From assembly GCF_009914755.1 (NCBI RefSeq), contig NC_060936.1: a stretch of DNA of 64,000 bases. One strand, given 5' to 3'. The translations under genes and the position numbers were made by a program. Every line of letters begins with the position of its first letter. Positions within the stretch are counted from its first letter, which is position 1. Positions 25,432-40,297 of the stretch are shown piece by piece. The notes under the pieces are model-generated. The model did not search any database. It was not told the origin of the DNA and worked only from the letters and a program-made list of their open reading frames with translations. The DNA comes from the human T2T-CHM13v2.0 reference genome, Homo sapiens.

Positions 25432-26121
25432 GTGACTGCTTCTCTGTTTTGTTCACACAATGGATACTGAGAAGAAAACAGTATGAATGTAGGGTTGTTT
25501 TATAGTCCAGAAAGGGCCATGAGTGAAGCCAGTAAAAACTCTGTAAACAAAAGTTTGGGTTTTCAATTGCTTCATGCTTCTTTTTTCTGGTGGTCTTGGG
25601 AGGACCTGGTCTTGATGATTCCTTATGGAACACTTAAGCCATTGGGCATTTTAATGAAAAAGAATTACATAAGCATAATTCAGTTCATATTTCTCGAAAT
25701 CATTGTTTGGCTTTATCATTGGCCTGTTTTCTCAGTGTAAGATATGCAATTAACTTCACTTTGCAAAAGAAAAAAAAAAAAGCACCCTACAATTTGTGTC
25801 TAATTATTTAACATTTCTTCCAAATTATTTAATATTTTGTACAAAATAAGAGTCAAATTCTTTTTATGCATGCTACAGTTCCTAGCTTACAAAGAAAATG
25901 AGTCACTAGGGAATGCCTAACACACCCCTAAGATAATTGTGGTGGTCTTGGCTTTTCAGGGACCTTTTGTTCAACAACACTTTACTAGCCCAAGTTGGGA
26001 TTGTAATTCAGTATTGAATTGGGTCTTTAATGCTAGCTTCATTTTGGAGAAATTTGCATCCTTTGCCAGTGGCACCCAGCCTATACAGATAGAATTATAA
26101 AGTCAATGTTTATTGTTTCAG

Positions 26122-26233
26122 GAACTTGGAATCAAGCATTCACTTCATCGAAAGAAACTCCAGCTAGCACTCCAAGCCCTGGGATCTGAAGAAGAAACCA
26201 ATCATGGGAAGCTGGATTTCAACTGGGTCACTA
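26122..26233 (+). CDS. PPFIBP1: Coding exon, SAM1/2 (ELGIKHSLHRKKLQLALQALGSEEETNHGKLDFNWVT)
   Basis: tttcag acceptor, gtaaga donor; 112 nt. Confidence 0.96.
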
Positions 26234-26349
26234 GTAAGAAGTTTTTATTCTAACAAAATGAAATAATTATATACATAGTTGCTTTTTCTTTTTAATCACA
26301 AGAACAGATGTTTTGTGGCATGGTAGCAACACTGGCCTCTCTCTTTTAG

Positions 26350-26438
26350 GATGGTTGGATGACATTGGCCTCCCTCAATATAAGACCCAGTTTGATGAAG
26401 GACGGGTTGATGGTCGAATGCTACATTACATGACTGTT
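26350..26438 (+). CDS. PPFIBP1: Coding exon, SAM2 (RWLDDIGLPQYKTQFDEGRVDGRMLHYMTV)
   Basis: ttttag acceptor, gtaagt donor; liprin SAM motif WLDDIGLPQYK. Confidence 0.97.
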
Positions 26439-26739
26439 GTAAGTGACTCACTCCTGGGGTTTGGGGGAGGAAAACTTTTTTTCTCTGAAAAACACAGGAA
26501 TTGAGTAAGCCAAACACAGTGTTTTCAGTGATTCCACCAGAGTTTGAAGCTGTTGCTTGAACTTGAGGAGAGTGGCAGGCATATTTCCCATGAGGCTGAA
26601 GTTGTAGCATTTGGTGATTGTGATTGAACAGGCTTGGGATAATTTGAAACCCCAATGTAAGCTAAGTGAAGCCTAATTTAAACTAAGCTCTCCAGAAGGT
26701 TGATTTTATATGTAATACATTCAACAAAGTAAACACTGA

Positions 26740-26979
<240 letters not shown>

Positions 26980-27396
26980 TAGTAGAGACGGAGTTTCGCC
27001 ATGTTGGCCAGCTGGTCTCAAACTCCTGACCTCAAGCGACCTGCCTGCCTCGGCCTCCCAAAGTGCTGGAATTATAGGCATGAGTCAACACGCCCAGCCT
27101 AAAGATATTTTTTAAATAGAATGTAGAATTTTTAAGCCCAAGCTATCTCTAAGTTATGGGTTTCTATGTGCAATGACCATTTGGAAGAGGCCACCCTTTT
27201 GACCTGACATCTTCAAGGACTTGTCTTCTCCTTTCCACTCTGGACAACTGTTACCTGAAACCCTATCACCCGTCTCACTTCAGCCTAGTTCTGCTACAGC
27301 AGGAGTTACTGGGGTTAAAGGAGGAGGGAGGAAGGCTAGACTTCTACTCTGGTTCCTTCATTATTGTACATTTCTAGCCCTCCAGCCAATGTGTAG

Positions 27397-27727
<331 letters not shown>

Positions 27728-27805
27728 TAGCCAGGATGGTCTCGATCTCCTGACCTCGTTATCCACCCACCTTGGCCTCCCAAAGTGCTGGGATTACAGG
27801 CGTGA

Positions 27806-28177
<372 letters not shown>

Positions 28178-28359
28178 TAGGCTATAGACCTAACTACCCT
28201 AAGTATAATCTTTTTCAAGTAAGTAGCAAGTTTTAAACAGCCAACTTAAGTAGGCATTTCTCAATGTCAAAAAAATTTGGAGTTCAGTTCATGGATTTTT
28301 CTTCTCTGTCATTGAACCCAAGCCCCTTACCTTGATGAGCACATCACATAAACCTGCGT

Positions 28360-29205
28360 GAAATAATACTAATATGTGTAGTATGTTGCACATTTGCTAT
28401 GTGTCAAACATCCTTTTAAGCATTTTGCTCATATTAATACTGGATTCTCAATAACCCTTTTAGTTAATATTACTAATATTATTATAGTGTGTATAATATA
28501 TATTAAAAAGTTTTTAAAACTTTTTATTTTAAGATAATTTTAGATTTACAGAGGAGTTGCCAAAGCTAGAATTCTGTATACCTTTCACTCAGCTTCCTCT
28601 AACGTTAACATCTTACGTAATCATGATTACATTCATCAAAATTAAGAAATTAACGTAGATGTTAATACAATCAACTAAACTGAAGACTATTCACATTTCA
28701 CCAGTTTTTCCAGTAAGGTCCTCCTTCTGTTCCAGGATCTAATCTAGGACACTACATTAAAACACACATTTTGTGACTTACGACTTCTGGGGTCAAATTT
28801 TCCAGGGTCATTTACTCTTTTATAGCCATTTCACATACGCTGCTTGTGATTTTAAGCTTGAATTTGTTCACATATATACTATATAATTATGTAATACTGT
28901 ATATACATAGTATTATACACACATATGTAATACTGTAGATACATAGAGTATGTATATATATATATACACACACATACACATATATGCATGTTTGTATATA
29001 TGTGTGTGTGTATCCATATACACACACACACACACTCTGTGTATCTATAGTATTATAATACTATTATTATCCCTACTTTTTTACATGTATAAAGGAAGGA
29101 ATCGAGAGGTTGGGTAACTTGGTAACCAAGTTTCCACAGTTAGCAATAGAAAGTCATAGAGAGTTTGAACTCAGGCTGTTTCAAGATCCCTGCTTTTAAT
29201 AGCTC
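28360..29205 (-). mobile_element. MIR split into two halves (~28360-28486 and ~29058-29205)
   Basis: Left half ...ctatgtgtcaaac...aagcatttt...caataaccct; right half tactattattatccc...gagaggttgggtaacttg...tttgaactcaggc; colinear with recalled MIR consensus. Confidence 0.65.
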
Positions 29206-29628
29206 ACGATTATGACTAGAACACATTCAGTAAATATTTGCCTCCCTCTCTAAGTGTGAGTATGTTCCCCCTGAGAATGTGAACAAATTCAAGCTTAAAA
29301 TCACAAGAAGCATCTGTGAAATGGCTATAAAAGAGTAAATGACCCTGGAAAATTTGACCCCAGAAATCCTAAGTCACAAAATATGTGTTTTAATGTGGAT
29401 TAGATCCTGGAACAGAAGAAGGACCTTACTGGACAAACTGGTGAAATGTGAATAAAGTCTGCAATTTAGTCAATTGTACATTAATTTCTTAGTCTTGATG
29501 AATGTAATCATGATTATGTCAGATGTTAACATTAGAGGAGGCTGAGTGAAAGGTATACAGAATTCTATTCTATCTTTGGCAACTCCTCCACAAATTTAAA
29601 ATTATTTTAAAATAAAAAGTTTTAAAAA
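28511..29628. repeat. Long inverted repeat: arms ~28511-28873 and ~29277-29628, spacer ~400 bp
   Basis: Manual reverse-complement alignment over ~360 bp; inner ~118 bp has 6 mismatches and includes a 51-bp perfect run. Confidence 0.95.
28875..29060. repeat. Compound (TA)n/(CA)n/(TG)n microsatellite in the inverted-repeat spacer
   Basis: Directly visible. Confidence 0.9.
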
Positions 29629-31119
29629 AATTGGGAAGAAAATCACTCAGAAAGTCTGTTTTGATATAAAATAAAACTTTCTTTTTAAAATCCTTCGAAG
29701 TATAAAGAATTTCAAAAATAATTAACATTTTAATCACACTGTAAACATTGTGCATTCAGATATTTTTTTAAGCTGACAGACTAGTTAGATGAAAAGAGTC
29801 CAGACTGAAATGTTTGGAATGGGTGTCTCAATCCTAGATTAAAATAAGTACTCTTTCTAACATGTCTTAAGACACTACTTTTAAGGAATTACTCCAGAAA
29901 AACTTCAGGAAATAATTTTTGCCTGGTTAGTAGCCTCAAGGATTTAAACTGATTAATATTTTTATTAAATATTTCTGTAGTAGATTACATTTTTTTCTTT
30001 CTTTCATGAGAAGTGTTTTATCAGAAAGGTGTGTCTAAAATGGATGCTTTCCTTGTTTATTTTCTGGGTGTGTTTGGAAGTAGACTGTTGCTTATCTTCA
30101 TACTGCTCCCAATATCACCTTCTTCTGAAATAATTTGTTTTGGTGTGTTTGGTATATTTGAAAATATTCCCAAGAGCCACAGACTGGTGAAAATTCTTCC
30201 TTGAAGGGGTTGATTGGTAATATATATATGTGATACTTATAACTTCATTTTTCTTCTCTCCTTGACTCTGACCAAAACCTTTGCACTGATTGATTATAGT
30301 TGTGCCAAAATTGTTCACAATGTCTGCTAGATAAACCATAATAATCTAGAGCTATTCAATAGCAGACAGGTCCTTACTAAAAAATAATTTAGAACTAGAG
30401 AATTATTAAGGTCAGGGAATAGTATAATAAGAGCACTGTTCTGATTTTCCCCAAAATTATGATGTGCCTTAGTTCAGAAAACCCAGCCTTGCTAGGAGCG
30501 GTGCCTCACGCCTGTAATCCCAGCTTTTTGGGCGGCTGAGGCCGGGGGACTGCTTGAGCCTAGGAGTTTGAGATAGCCTGGGCAGTATAGTGAGATCCTA
30601 TCTCTCCAAAAAAAAAAAAGATGAAAAAAGAAAGCCAACTCTTGATCATGTTCACCAATGAGCATCATTCGCTCTTCACTATCTGCTGAAAGGAAACAGA
30701 GAGGGCAGTTTATCCAAAGCCTAAGTACTTTATCCACCGATAAAGTTCTCAAAACTAAAGAGGAAACAAATAAATTCCCTGTTTGTAGTATGTGCAGATC
30801 AAGTCAAAGCAGATCACCTTTTGTAGTGACCCAGCAAGTGCTTTTCTAACTGTGTTTTTCAGAGCCCTGGGGTTCTACAGATCTCAGAGCATCTGGAAGA
30901 GAGAGAAACAGGTGGAAGTCAGCTTCATTGGCAAAAAATACTAATCTGGGGTTTGGGGGAAGATTTTGTTCCAAATGGGAAAGTGGGTTCTGACAAGACC
31001 TTGGGGCATATTGGTTTGAGGGGCTCTTCTCCTTTTACTCCAGTTTTCTGAGATTCCCTAAGAAAGTCCTCCTGCTACAGGCCAGCACAGTGAGCTCCTC
31101 CTTTTGTTCTTTTTTGCAG

Positions 31120-31242
31120 GATGACTTACTGTCTCTGAAGGTTGTAAGTGTGCTACACCATCTCAGTATCAAAAGGGCCATCCAGGTCCTGAGGATCAAT
31201 AACTTTGAACCAAACTGTCTACGGAGGCGGCCATCTGATGAG
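31120..31242 (+). CDS. PPFIBP1: Coding exon (DDLLSLKVVSVLHHLSIKRAIQVLRINNFEPNCLRRRPSDE)
   Basis: tttgcag acceptor, GAG|gtagtg donor; 123 nt. Confidence 0.96.
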
Positions 31243-32032
31243 GTAGTGTTTTAAGATTGAGGTTTATAAGCATGCACTTCCCAGGCATGGGACTGTCCAT
31301 GTGTCGAAACTAAGAGCCATTTTTCTTGGAGCCTGCAGGAAAAGCCTTAAAATCCAGCCTCATTTACTTCTTAGGCTTTTTCTGTATTCCTTCCTTTTCT
31401 CTCCATGACGGTTCCCCTTGTGTAACTAAAGCCAAGGGTTCTTTTTCAGTTATGCTTCTTCCTTTTCTTGGGTGTATTTTTTTTTCCTGACTCTAATCAA
31501 CAGAGATAAATATCACTATAAAGACTTCCTTTTCTGGCCAAGTATAGTGGCCAATGCCTATAATCCCAGCACTTTGGGAGGCCAAGGCAGAAGAATCACT
31601 TGAGCCCAGGAGATCAAGACCAGCCTGGGCAACATAGGAAGACCCTGTCTCTACAAAAATAATAATAAATTAGCCAGGCATGGTGGGTGCACGCTGGTGG
31701 TCCCAGCTACTCAGGAGGCTGAGGTAGGAGGATCCGTCTGAGCCTGGGAGATGGAGGCTGCAGTGAGCCCTGATTATACCACTGCAACGCCAGCGTGGGT
31801 AAGAGAATTAGACCCTGTCTTAAAAAAAAAAAAGACTTCCTTTCCTAAAGCAATGCTTTATTAGTATATAAGAAAGCTTGAAACTCAAACTATGACAGAA
31901 ATTCTTTAAAAGAGAATTTTTCCCTTTCTTTTTGCATTTAGTGGGTTGTTGAGTAACTGTACTCCATGGAGCAGACTTTTTAGACAGAAAATGCAATTTA
32001 ATATTTAGGATCCTGGTTGTGTGTTCCCATAG

Positions 32033-32158
32033 AATACCATCGCCCCATCAGAAGTTCAGAAGTGGACTAACCATCGAGTGATGGAGTGGCTGCGCTCCGT
32101 GGACTTGGCAGAATATGCGCCCAATCTCAGAGGCAGTGGTGTCCATGGTGGGCTCATG
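32033..32158 (+). CDS. PPFIBP1: Coding exon, SAM3 (NTIAPSEVQKWTNHRVMEWLRSVDLAEYAPNLRGSGVHGGLM)
   Basis: cccatag acceptor, ATG|gtaaag donor; liprin motif YAPNLRGSGVHG. Confidence 0.97.
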
Positions 32159-32749
32159 GTAAAGCTCTGATTTAATTTAAAATTGACTTACTTTGCTTCC
32201 TTTAGTCTAGTCAGTAGGATATTATCAATTTTTGCTTATCATAATCCTAAAGTCATCTGACTCAACCCTCCTGCCCTATTTCTAGTAAACCTTTACTTTC
32301 AGAGTATTTGTATTGATATCTTATAACTCTAGATTGAATTTAAAGCCAGTTCTCTTTTATTGTCCTCTTTCATGTTGAATAACATGTAGCTGCTTTCTCT
32401 CATATGATCATGTTTGAAAACCCCTGCAAGGATGCAGATTGTATTTCTGCATGTTAATGTTGCTTAAGGAGGTGGCTCCCACAGACAGCACCCTAGAGAG
32501 GCAGAGCACTGATATTGGGATGCCTGAAGCCTGGATTTCAGGACCAGCTCTATCACTCACTAACTTGGGAGAAATGGAGAAAAGATATGTAAATTAAAGA
32601 TCAAAGTCCATATTGTGTCTACCTCACCGGGCTGTTGAGAGGATCATTGGAGATAACCTAAGAGAAAGCTTTGCAAATTATAAAGCACAATACAAACATG
32701 TATGATTTGTGGTGACTTTTGACAAGCTTTTTTTTTTTTCTTTAAACAG

Positions 32750-32938
32750 GTTCTAGAGCCTCGTTTTAACGTAGAAACAATGGCTCAGTTATTGAACATC
32801 CCACCCAATAAGACTTTGCTGCGAAGACATTTGGCCACTCATTTCAACCTTCTGATTGGGGCTGAGGCACAGCACCAGAAGCGAGATGCCATGGAGCTGC
32901 CGGATTATGTACTTCTAACAGCTACTGCCAAAGTGAAG
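32750..32938 (+). CDS. PPFIBP1: Coding exon, SAM3 (VLEPRFNVETMAQLLNIPPNKTLLRRHL...TATAKVK)
   Basis: Poly-T tract + aacag acceptor, AAG|gttggt donor; 189 nt. Confidence 0.97.
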
Positions 32939-33046
32939 GTTGGTTCAGGCTCATACGGTTTAATAATTGCTTGGCGCAAAGGCAACGTTTTGTCGGTTAC
33001 CTGGTTATTCTGTTTTCTGGGGTTTACTAAGTTTTGTGGGTGGGTT

Positions 33047-33845
33047 CCTTACCAGCAGATGCAGGAATCCTCAGCGCTTAGTTGTCTTGGGAGAAAGATG
33101 TTGGCCAATAGACAGTTGACAGATAGAGAGCTTTATTGAAGGGAAATAGGGAGCAAAGAGCTTATTGTAAGAATAAAAAAAAAAGAAGAAGAAGTACAGG
33201 GGCTGATCCTGCAGGGAAAACAGCAGGGTCGCAGTAACAATGTTTATTTAAAGGGACAGTACACTCCAAAAACCAAGGCACAGCGGGCTGCTGAAAGAGA
33301 ATGAGCCCAAGAGTTCTGCATTGGGTTTTTATGATGTCCAGTTTTTTCTTGAAGCTCTCACCACTGTGTTAAGTCTCTGCCTTTTTTATCTCGTTTTCCC
33401 GCTCCTGCCTTGAGTCCTTGCCTTCTCCCTGCCTAGTTCCCAACCCAGGCTTGTGGGACCCTCCCTTAACTATAGTTGGTGCGCATGCGTGGGCCGGGTG
33501 TTGGCTGCACTTCCACCTAAAGGCTGCATTGCTCATTCCCGCCGCCCCAGGAAGGTTGTATACCAGTCAAATCTATACGTACTGTACCTGCGTTTCTCTT
33601 AGGAATTCTCCTTTACCTTCTTCCCCTCTTTATCAGCATGCAGCTAGCTACATTCTGGCAGGTGATCTGCAGAGTGAGTGATTACTGGGCGTCTTAAGGG
33701 GCGTTCCTTTCTGCATAGGTATTTCCCCTCCTCTCTGCTCAAATGGAGCATGCATGTTTTGGGTGGTTTCTGGGGTGCGAGATTTTCCAGACCTCTCTTT
33801 TCTCAGGGGCTTCCCCTCATGTCTAGCTATCTGCCCACTCTAACA
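33047..33845 (-). mobile_element. ERV1 (MER4-group) solo LTR, antisense in a PPFIBP1 intron
   Basis: Minus strand starts TGTTAGAGTGGGCAGATAGCTAGACATGAG and ends ...GCTGGTAA; near-TSD ggtt/agtt; exact family uncertain. Confidence 0.75.
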
Positions 33846-33856
33846 AGTTGAAGGAA

Positions 33857-34068
33857 CAGTTGACCCTTGAAGAACATGAGTTTGAATTACACAGGTCCAC
33901 TCCTACTCGGATTTTTTTTTTTCAAGCAAATGTGGAGGGATGCAAACCCCACATATAGGGAGGCCCAACTTTTTAGGTACACGGGTACTGCTGGACTTGA
34001 GTATGTACGGATTTTGGTATACATGGGGGTCTTGGAACTAATGCTCTGTGTATACTGAGGGACAACTG
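33857..34068. mobile_element. Tigger2-derived MITE (MER8-like)
   Basis: Terminal inverted repeats CAGTTGACCCTTGA ... GAGGGACAACTG. Confidence 0.75.
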
Positions 34069-34107
34069 AGTATATATCTTTTAAAAGTATAATAATTAAG
34101 AGAATGC

Positions 34108-34180
34108 ACCCAGATAGCTCAGTCAGTAGAGCATCAGACTTTTAATCTGAGGGTCCAAGGTTCATGTCCCTTTTTGGGTG
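34108..34180 (+). tRNA. tRNA-Lys(TTT)-derived copy, probably a pseudogene, in a PPFIBP1 intron
   Basis: 73 nt ACCCAGATAGCTCAGTCAGTAGAGCATCAGACTTTTAATCTGAGGGTCCAAGGTTCATGTCCCTTTTTGGGTG versus tRNA-Lys3; intact anticodon arm; G18>A, A58>T, two T-stem mismatches. Confidence 0.9.
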
Positions 34181-35483
34181 TTCCCTCTTAGGTGGGCATG
34201 GTGGCTCATGCCTGTAGTCCCAGTGCATTGGGAGGCCAAGGCAGGAGGATCACCTGAGTCCAGTAGTTCAAGGCTGCAATGAGCTCTGATTGAGCTATGA
34301 GCATGCTACTGCACTCCAGCCTGGACAACAGAGCAAGATTCTGCCTCTAAAAAAATAATAATGAACAGCATAATATTGGCTTCCATAATCCATGTATTGG
34401 CAATGCAGACAGCCCATAACTTGGGTCCAAATATTGATTGCAGTTGTTCTGTTTTTATAAATCAAGTACAGAAGAGAGGTTTCTCTTGTACAGATTTAGC
34501 TTCTCTGGCTTATGATTGACCAGCCTCGTAAATAGGAAAATACACTTTAAAAATGATTGAAGGTGGGCCAGAAGAGAATGGGTATTTCCTAGTTTACCTG
34601 GATTTATGGATCATACCAAATTCAGATTACTTTTTCTTCTTTAAAATTAATCCTAGATTAACTCTTCTAAATATGTTATCCCAACCAACTTGATGGGTTA
34701 CTGGGTCCTCCAGAAATTTGTGCCAAAGTTCTTTTTAATTTTTTTTTACCCCCTCTATCTGCCTGAGTATCCAGTGACCAACCCAGTGACCATCATGGAG
34801 TTTCTCTTCTAAGTATCACTGATGTTTCCTCTCCAAAAAATTCTTTTAGCAGTCACCAGTCCTGTTATGGAAGCAGAATAGGCATACAAGATAATTATAG
34901 CCTCACCCAAAGAAAAAATATAGTGAAGTCTATTCTATTTTGCTAATCTTAGATTGAAAAACCTTGCAAAATTGGATTCAGCTGTGAGAAATCTCATTGC
35001 ATTAAGTCCTGTCTAATCAAAACTATGAAGCCAGGTGCAGTGGCTTGTGCCTGTAGTTTCAGCTACTCCAGAGGCTGAGGCAGGAGGATCCCTTGAGCCC
35101 AGGAGTTTGAGGCCAGCCTGGGCAACATAGCAAGATTCTGTCTCTAAAAATAATAGTAATGATGTAATCAAATTATTCTTGCCATATTTTGTTTATCACG
35201 GTGACTATTCAGCTATTTGGCGTGAATAAGAAGAATAAGGTTAATTTCCTGAGATTCATAACAAGGGTCATTTATCATTGCATCATTTATATGCCTAGGA
35301 TGCCCTTTTGTTTTTATCCATATTTAAACATCCAGCTACTTTTCTCTCTACCATGGGGTAAATAATTAAATTATACATATAGGAGGGAGGGGGCAACGCA
35401 AAAAAAAATCACATGTTATCAGGCCTTGATTATATGAATTTTATCAAATCCTTTGGATGTTTTTGTTTGCTTTTCTTTTAAAG

Positions 35484-35663
35484 CCAAAGAAACTTGCCTT
35501 TAGCAATTTTGGGAATTTGAGAAAGAAGAAACAGGAAGATGGTGAAGAATATGTTTGTCCAATGGAATTGGGACAGGCATCAGGAAGTGCATCTAAGAAA
35601 GGATTTAAACCTGGTTTGGATATGCGCCTGTATGAGGAAGATGATTTGGACCGGTTAGAGCAG
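35484..35663 (+). CDS. PPFIBP1: Coding exon (PKKLAFSNFGNLRKKKQEDGEEYVCPM...DLDRLEQ)
   Basis: tttaaag acceptor, CAG|gtaaat donor; 180 nt. Confidence 0.95.
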
Positions 35664-36325
35664 GTAAATCCAACACTGTATAACTTTTTGCGAGTTCTTC
35701 CATCATTCAGACACTAAATGGGAACTTTGTATACTGTGTCTGATCAAGGACATTTTCTTCAAATAACTAAAAATACAGATAATAATAGTGAACACTTAGA
35801 GATCACTTATATCTTCCAGGTACCATCCTAAGCACTTAATGCATACTATGTTTATGGTAACCTTAAGACATGGAGAGCATTGTTATTCTCATTTTGGAGA
35901 TAAGGAAACTGAGGCACAGAGAGCTAAGTAACTTGCCCAAGGTCCCCAACCTGTCTCTTTGGCTCCAAAGCCTGTCATATTTACCAATATTTTGCCATCT
36001 CTGTATTAAAACATGTTAGGAATGGACAGGTTATTCTACCTAGCCTTTTCAGATTAAAGTCGTGGGACCGCATATTTCCCCTCTAATCAACAATGCTTTG
36101 CTACTATTAGCAAAGGCATTAGACTAGCTGTGTCAGTAAAGTGTCTCTTCTAATTTTTCACTTCCAGTTGCAGTGGTGAAAGGAGATTATCACCAGAAGT
36201 GTTCTGTTGCTCTTACCCCATTCAGTGCTATTTGCATTATTTCTTCTTAGACTTTTGTTCCTCCTGCTGCACTTTCCCTGAAATTGTGAAAACACTTATG
36301 TCATGTTATGGTTTGTTATTTGCAG

Positions 36326-36391
36326 ATGGAAGATTCAGAAGGGACAGTGAGACAGATAGGTGCATTCTCTGAAGGCATCAACAATCTGACG
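36326..36391 (+). CDS. PPFIBP1: Coding exon (MEDSEGTVRQIGAFSEGINNLT)
   Basis: tttgcag acceptor, ACG|gtgagt donor; 66 nt. Confidence 0.95.
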
Positions 36392-36530
36392 GTGAGTTTG
36401 TGAAATGAATTGAAAATGTTATTCTATAAATGTCTTTTATAACAACCCCAAAGGACCACATGTCTCTTGGAGAATGTGTAGCTCTGAGCTCTTGGCTCTC
36501 AGTGTGACTCCCTGTCTCCTTGTTTTCCAG

Positions 36531-36617
36531 CACATGTTAAAAGAAGATGACATGTTTAAAGATTTTGCTGCCCGTTCCCCCAGTGCCAGCATTACAGATG
36601 AAGACTCAAACGTTTGA
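36531..36617 (+). CDS. PPFIBP1: Last coding exon (HMLKEDDMFKDFAARSPSASITDEDSNV*); C-terminal S-N-V fits a class I PDZ-binding motif
   Basis: ttttccag acceptor; TGA at 36615-36617. Confidence 0.95.
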   Translation, partial: HMLKEDDMFKDFAARSPSASITDEDSNV

Positions 36618-39300
<2,683 letters not shown>

Positions 39301-40297
39301 TTTTATTGCCCTTATTTCATTTTCCGTTGTTCATAGTAACAGGCTTTGTTTCTGACATAGAAAATAACACAATCTCTTTATAAACTGCCATAAATTTGTT
39401 CGAATGGAGTTTATAATGTGTATCAACAGATAGGAATTTGAGGCCTTTGTTTGAGAAGCTTTTGTAGGAAAAGAAGCAACTGAGCTGGGGAATGAAGAAT
39501 CATGGCAGAAGGTAAAAGAAACAAAAACAAACAAAAAAAGAAAATAGGAAAAGCAAATGGAAATGACTCACCTAGAGATTGGAAGAAGTTAGTTGTAGAA
39601 AGAGGTGTATGGATATTTAAAAAACTAACATAGGGCTGGGTGCAGTGGCTCATGCCTATAATCCCAGCACTTTGGGAGGCCGAGGCGGGAGGATTGCTTG
39701 AGCCTAGGAGATTGAGACCAGCCAGGACAACATGGTGAAACCCCACCTCTACAAAAAATACACAAAAATTAGCCAGGTGTGGTGGTATACACTTGTAGCC
39801 CCAGCTACTCAAGAGGCTGAGGTGAGATCACCTGAGCCCAGGGAGGTTGAAGCTGCAGTGAGCCATGATTGCGCCACTGCACTCCAGCCTGGGTAGCAGA
39901 GTGAGACCCTGTCTCAAAAAACAAAAACAAAAAGAACTAACGTGCTATTTTTACTTCAACTAAAACTTGGAAAGAGGAAACATGTTGGAAGAGATTACCA
40001 AAGATTAAAAGTAGAGTGAATATAACCTAGATAGAACAGATGTTTTGTGTGAAATTTAGTATCTTTAACTTAATAAACCAGCAGGAACTGTATGAACACA
40101 ACACACCCAACTGACAAACAGAGAGAACTAACATGTTTATTTAGCTGTATGTATATATGCTTAACTACACCCGAGGAAGCTGTAGAGTTAGAAAAACATG
40201 AACCATTAACAGATGTGGCCTCCCTGCAGAACTTTTACTTTGAAAAAGAAGTACGTCTGAACCAGATTCACATGTTTGATATTTGGATGCAGAGAAA

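Noticed and set aside
40283-40297. 5-codon N-terminal extension of REP15 in the ORF track
   Set aside because: Begins at TTG; the ATG at 40298 has good Kozak context and exposes Gly2 for myristoylation
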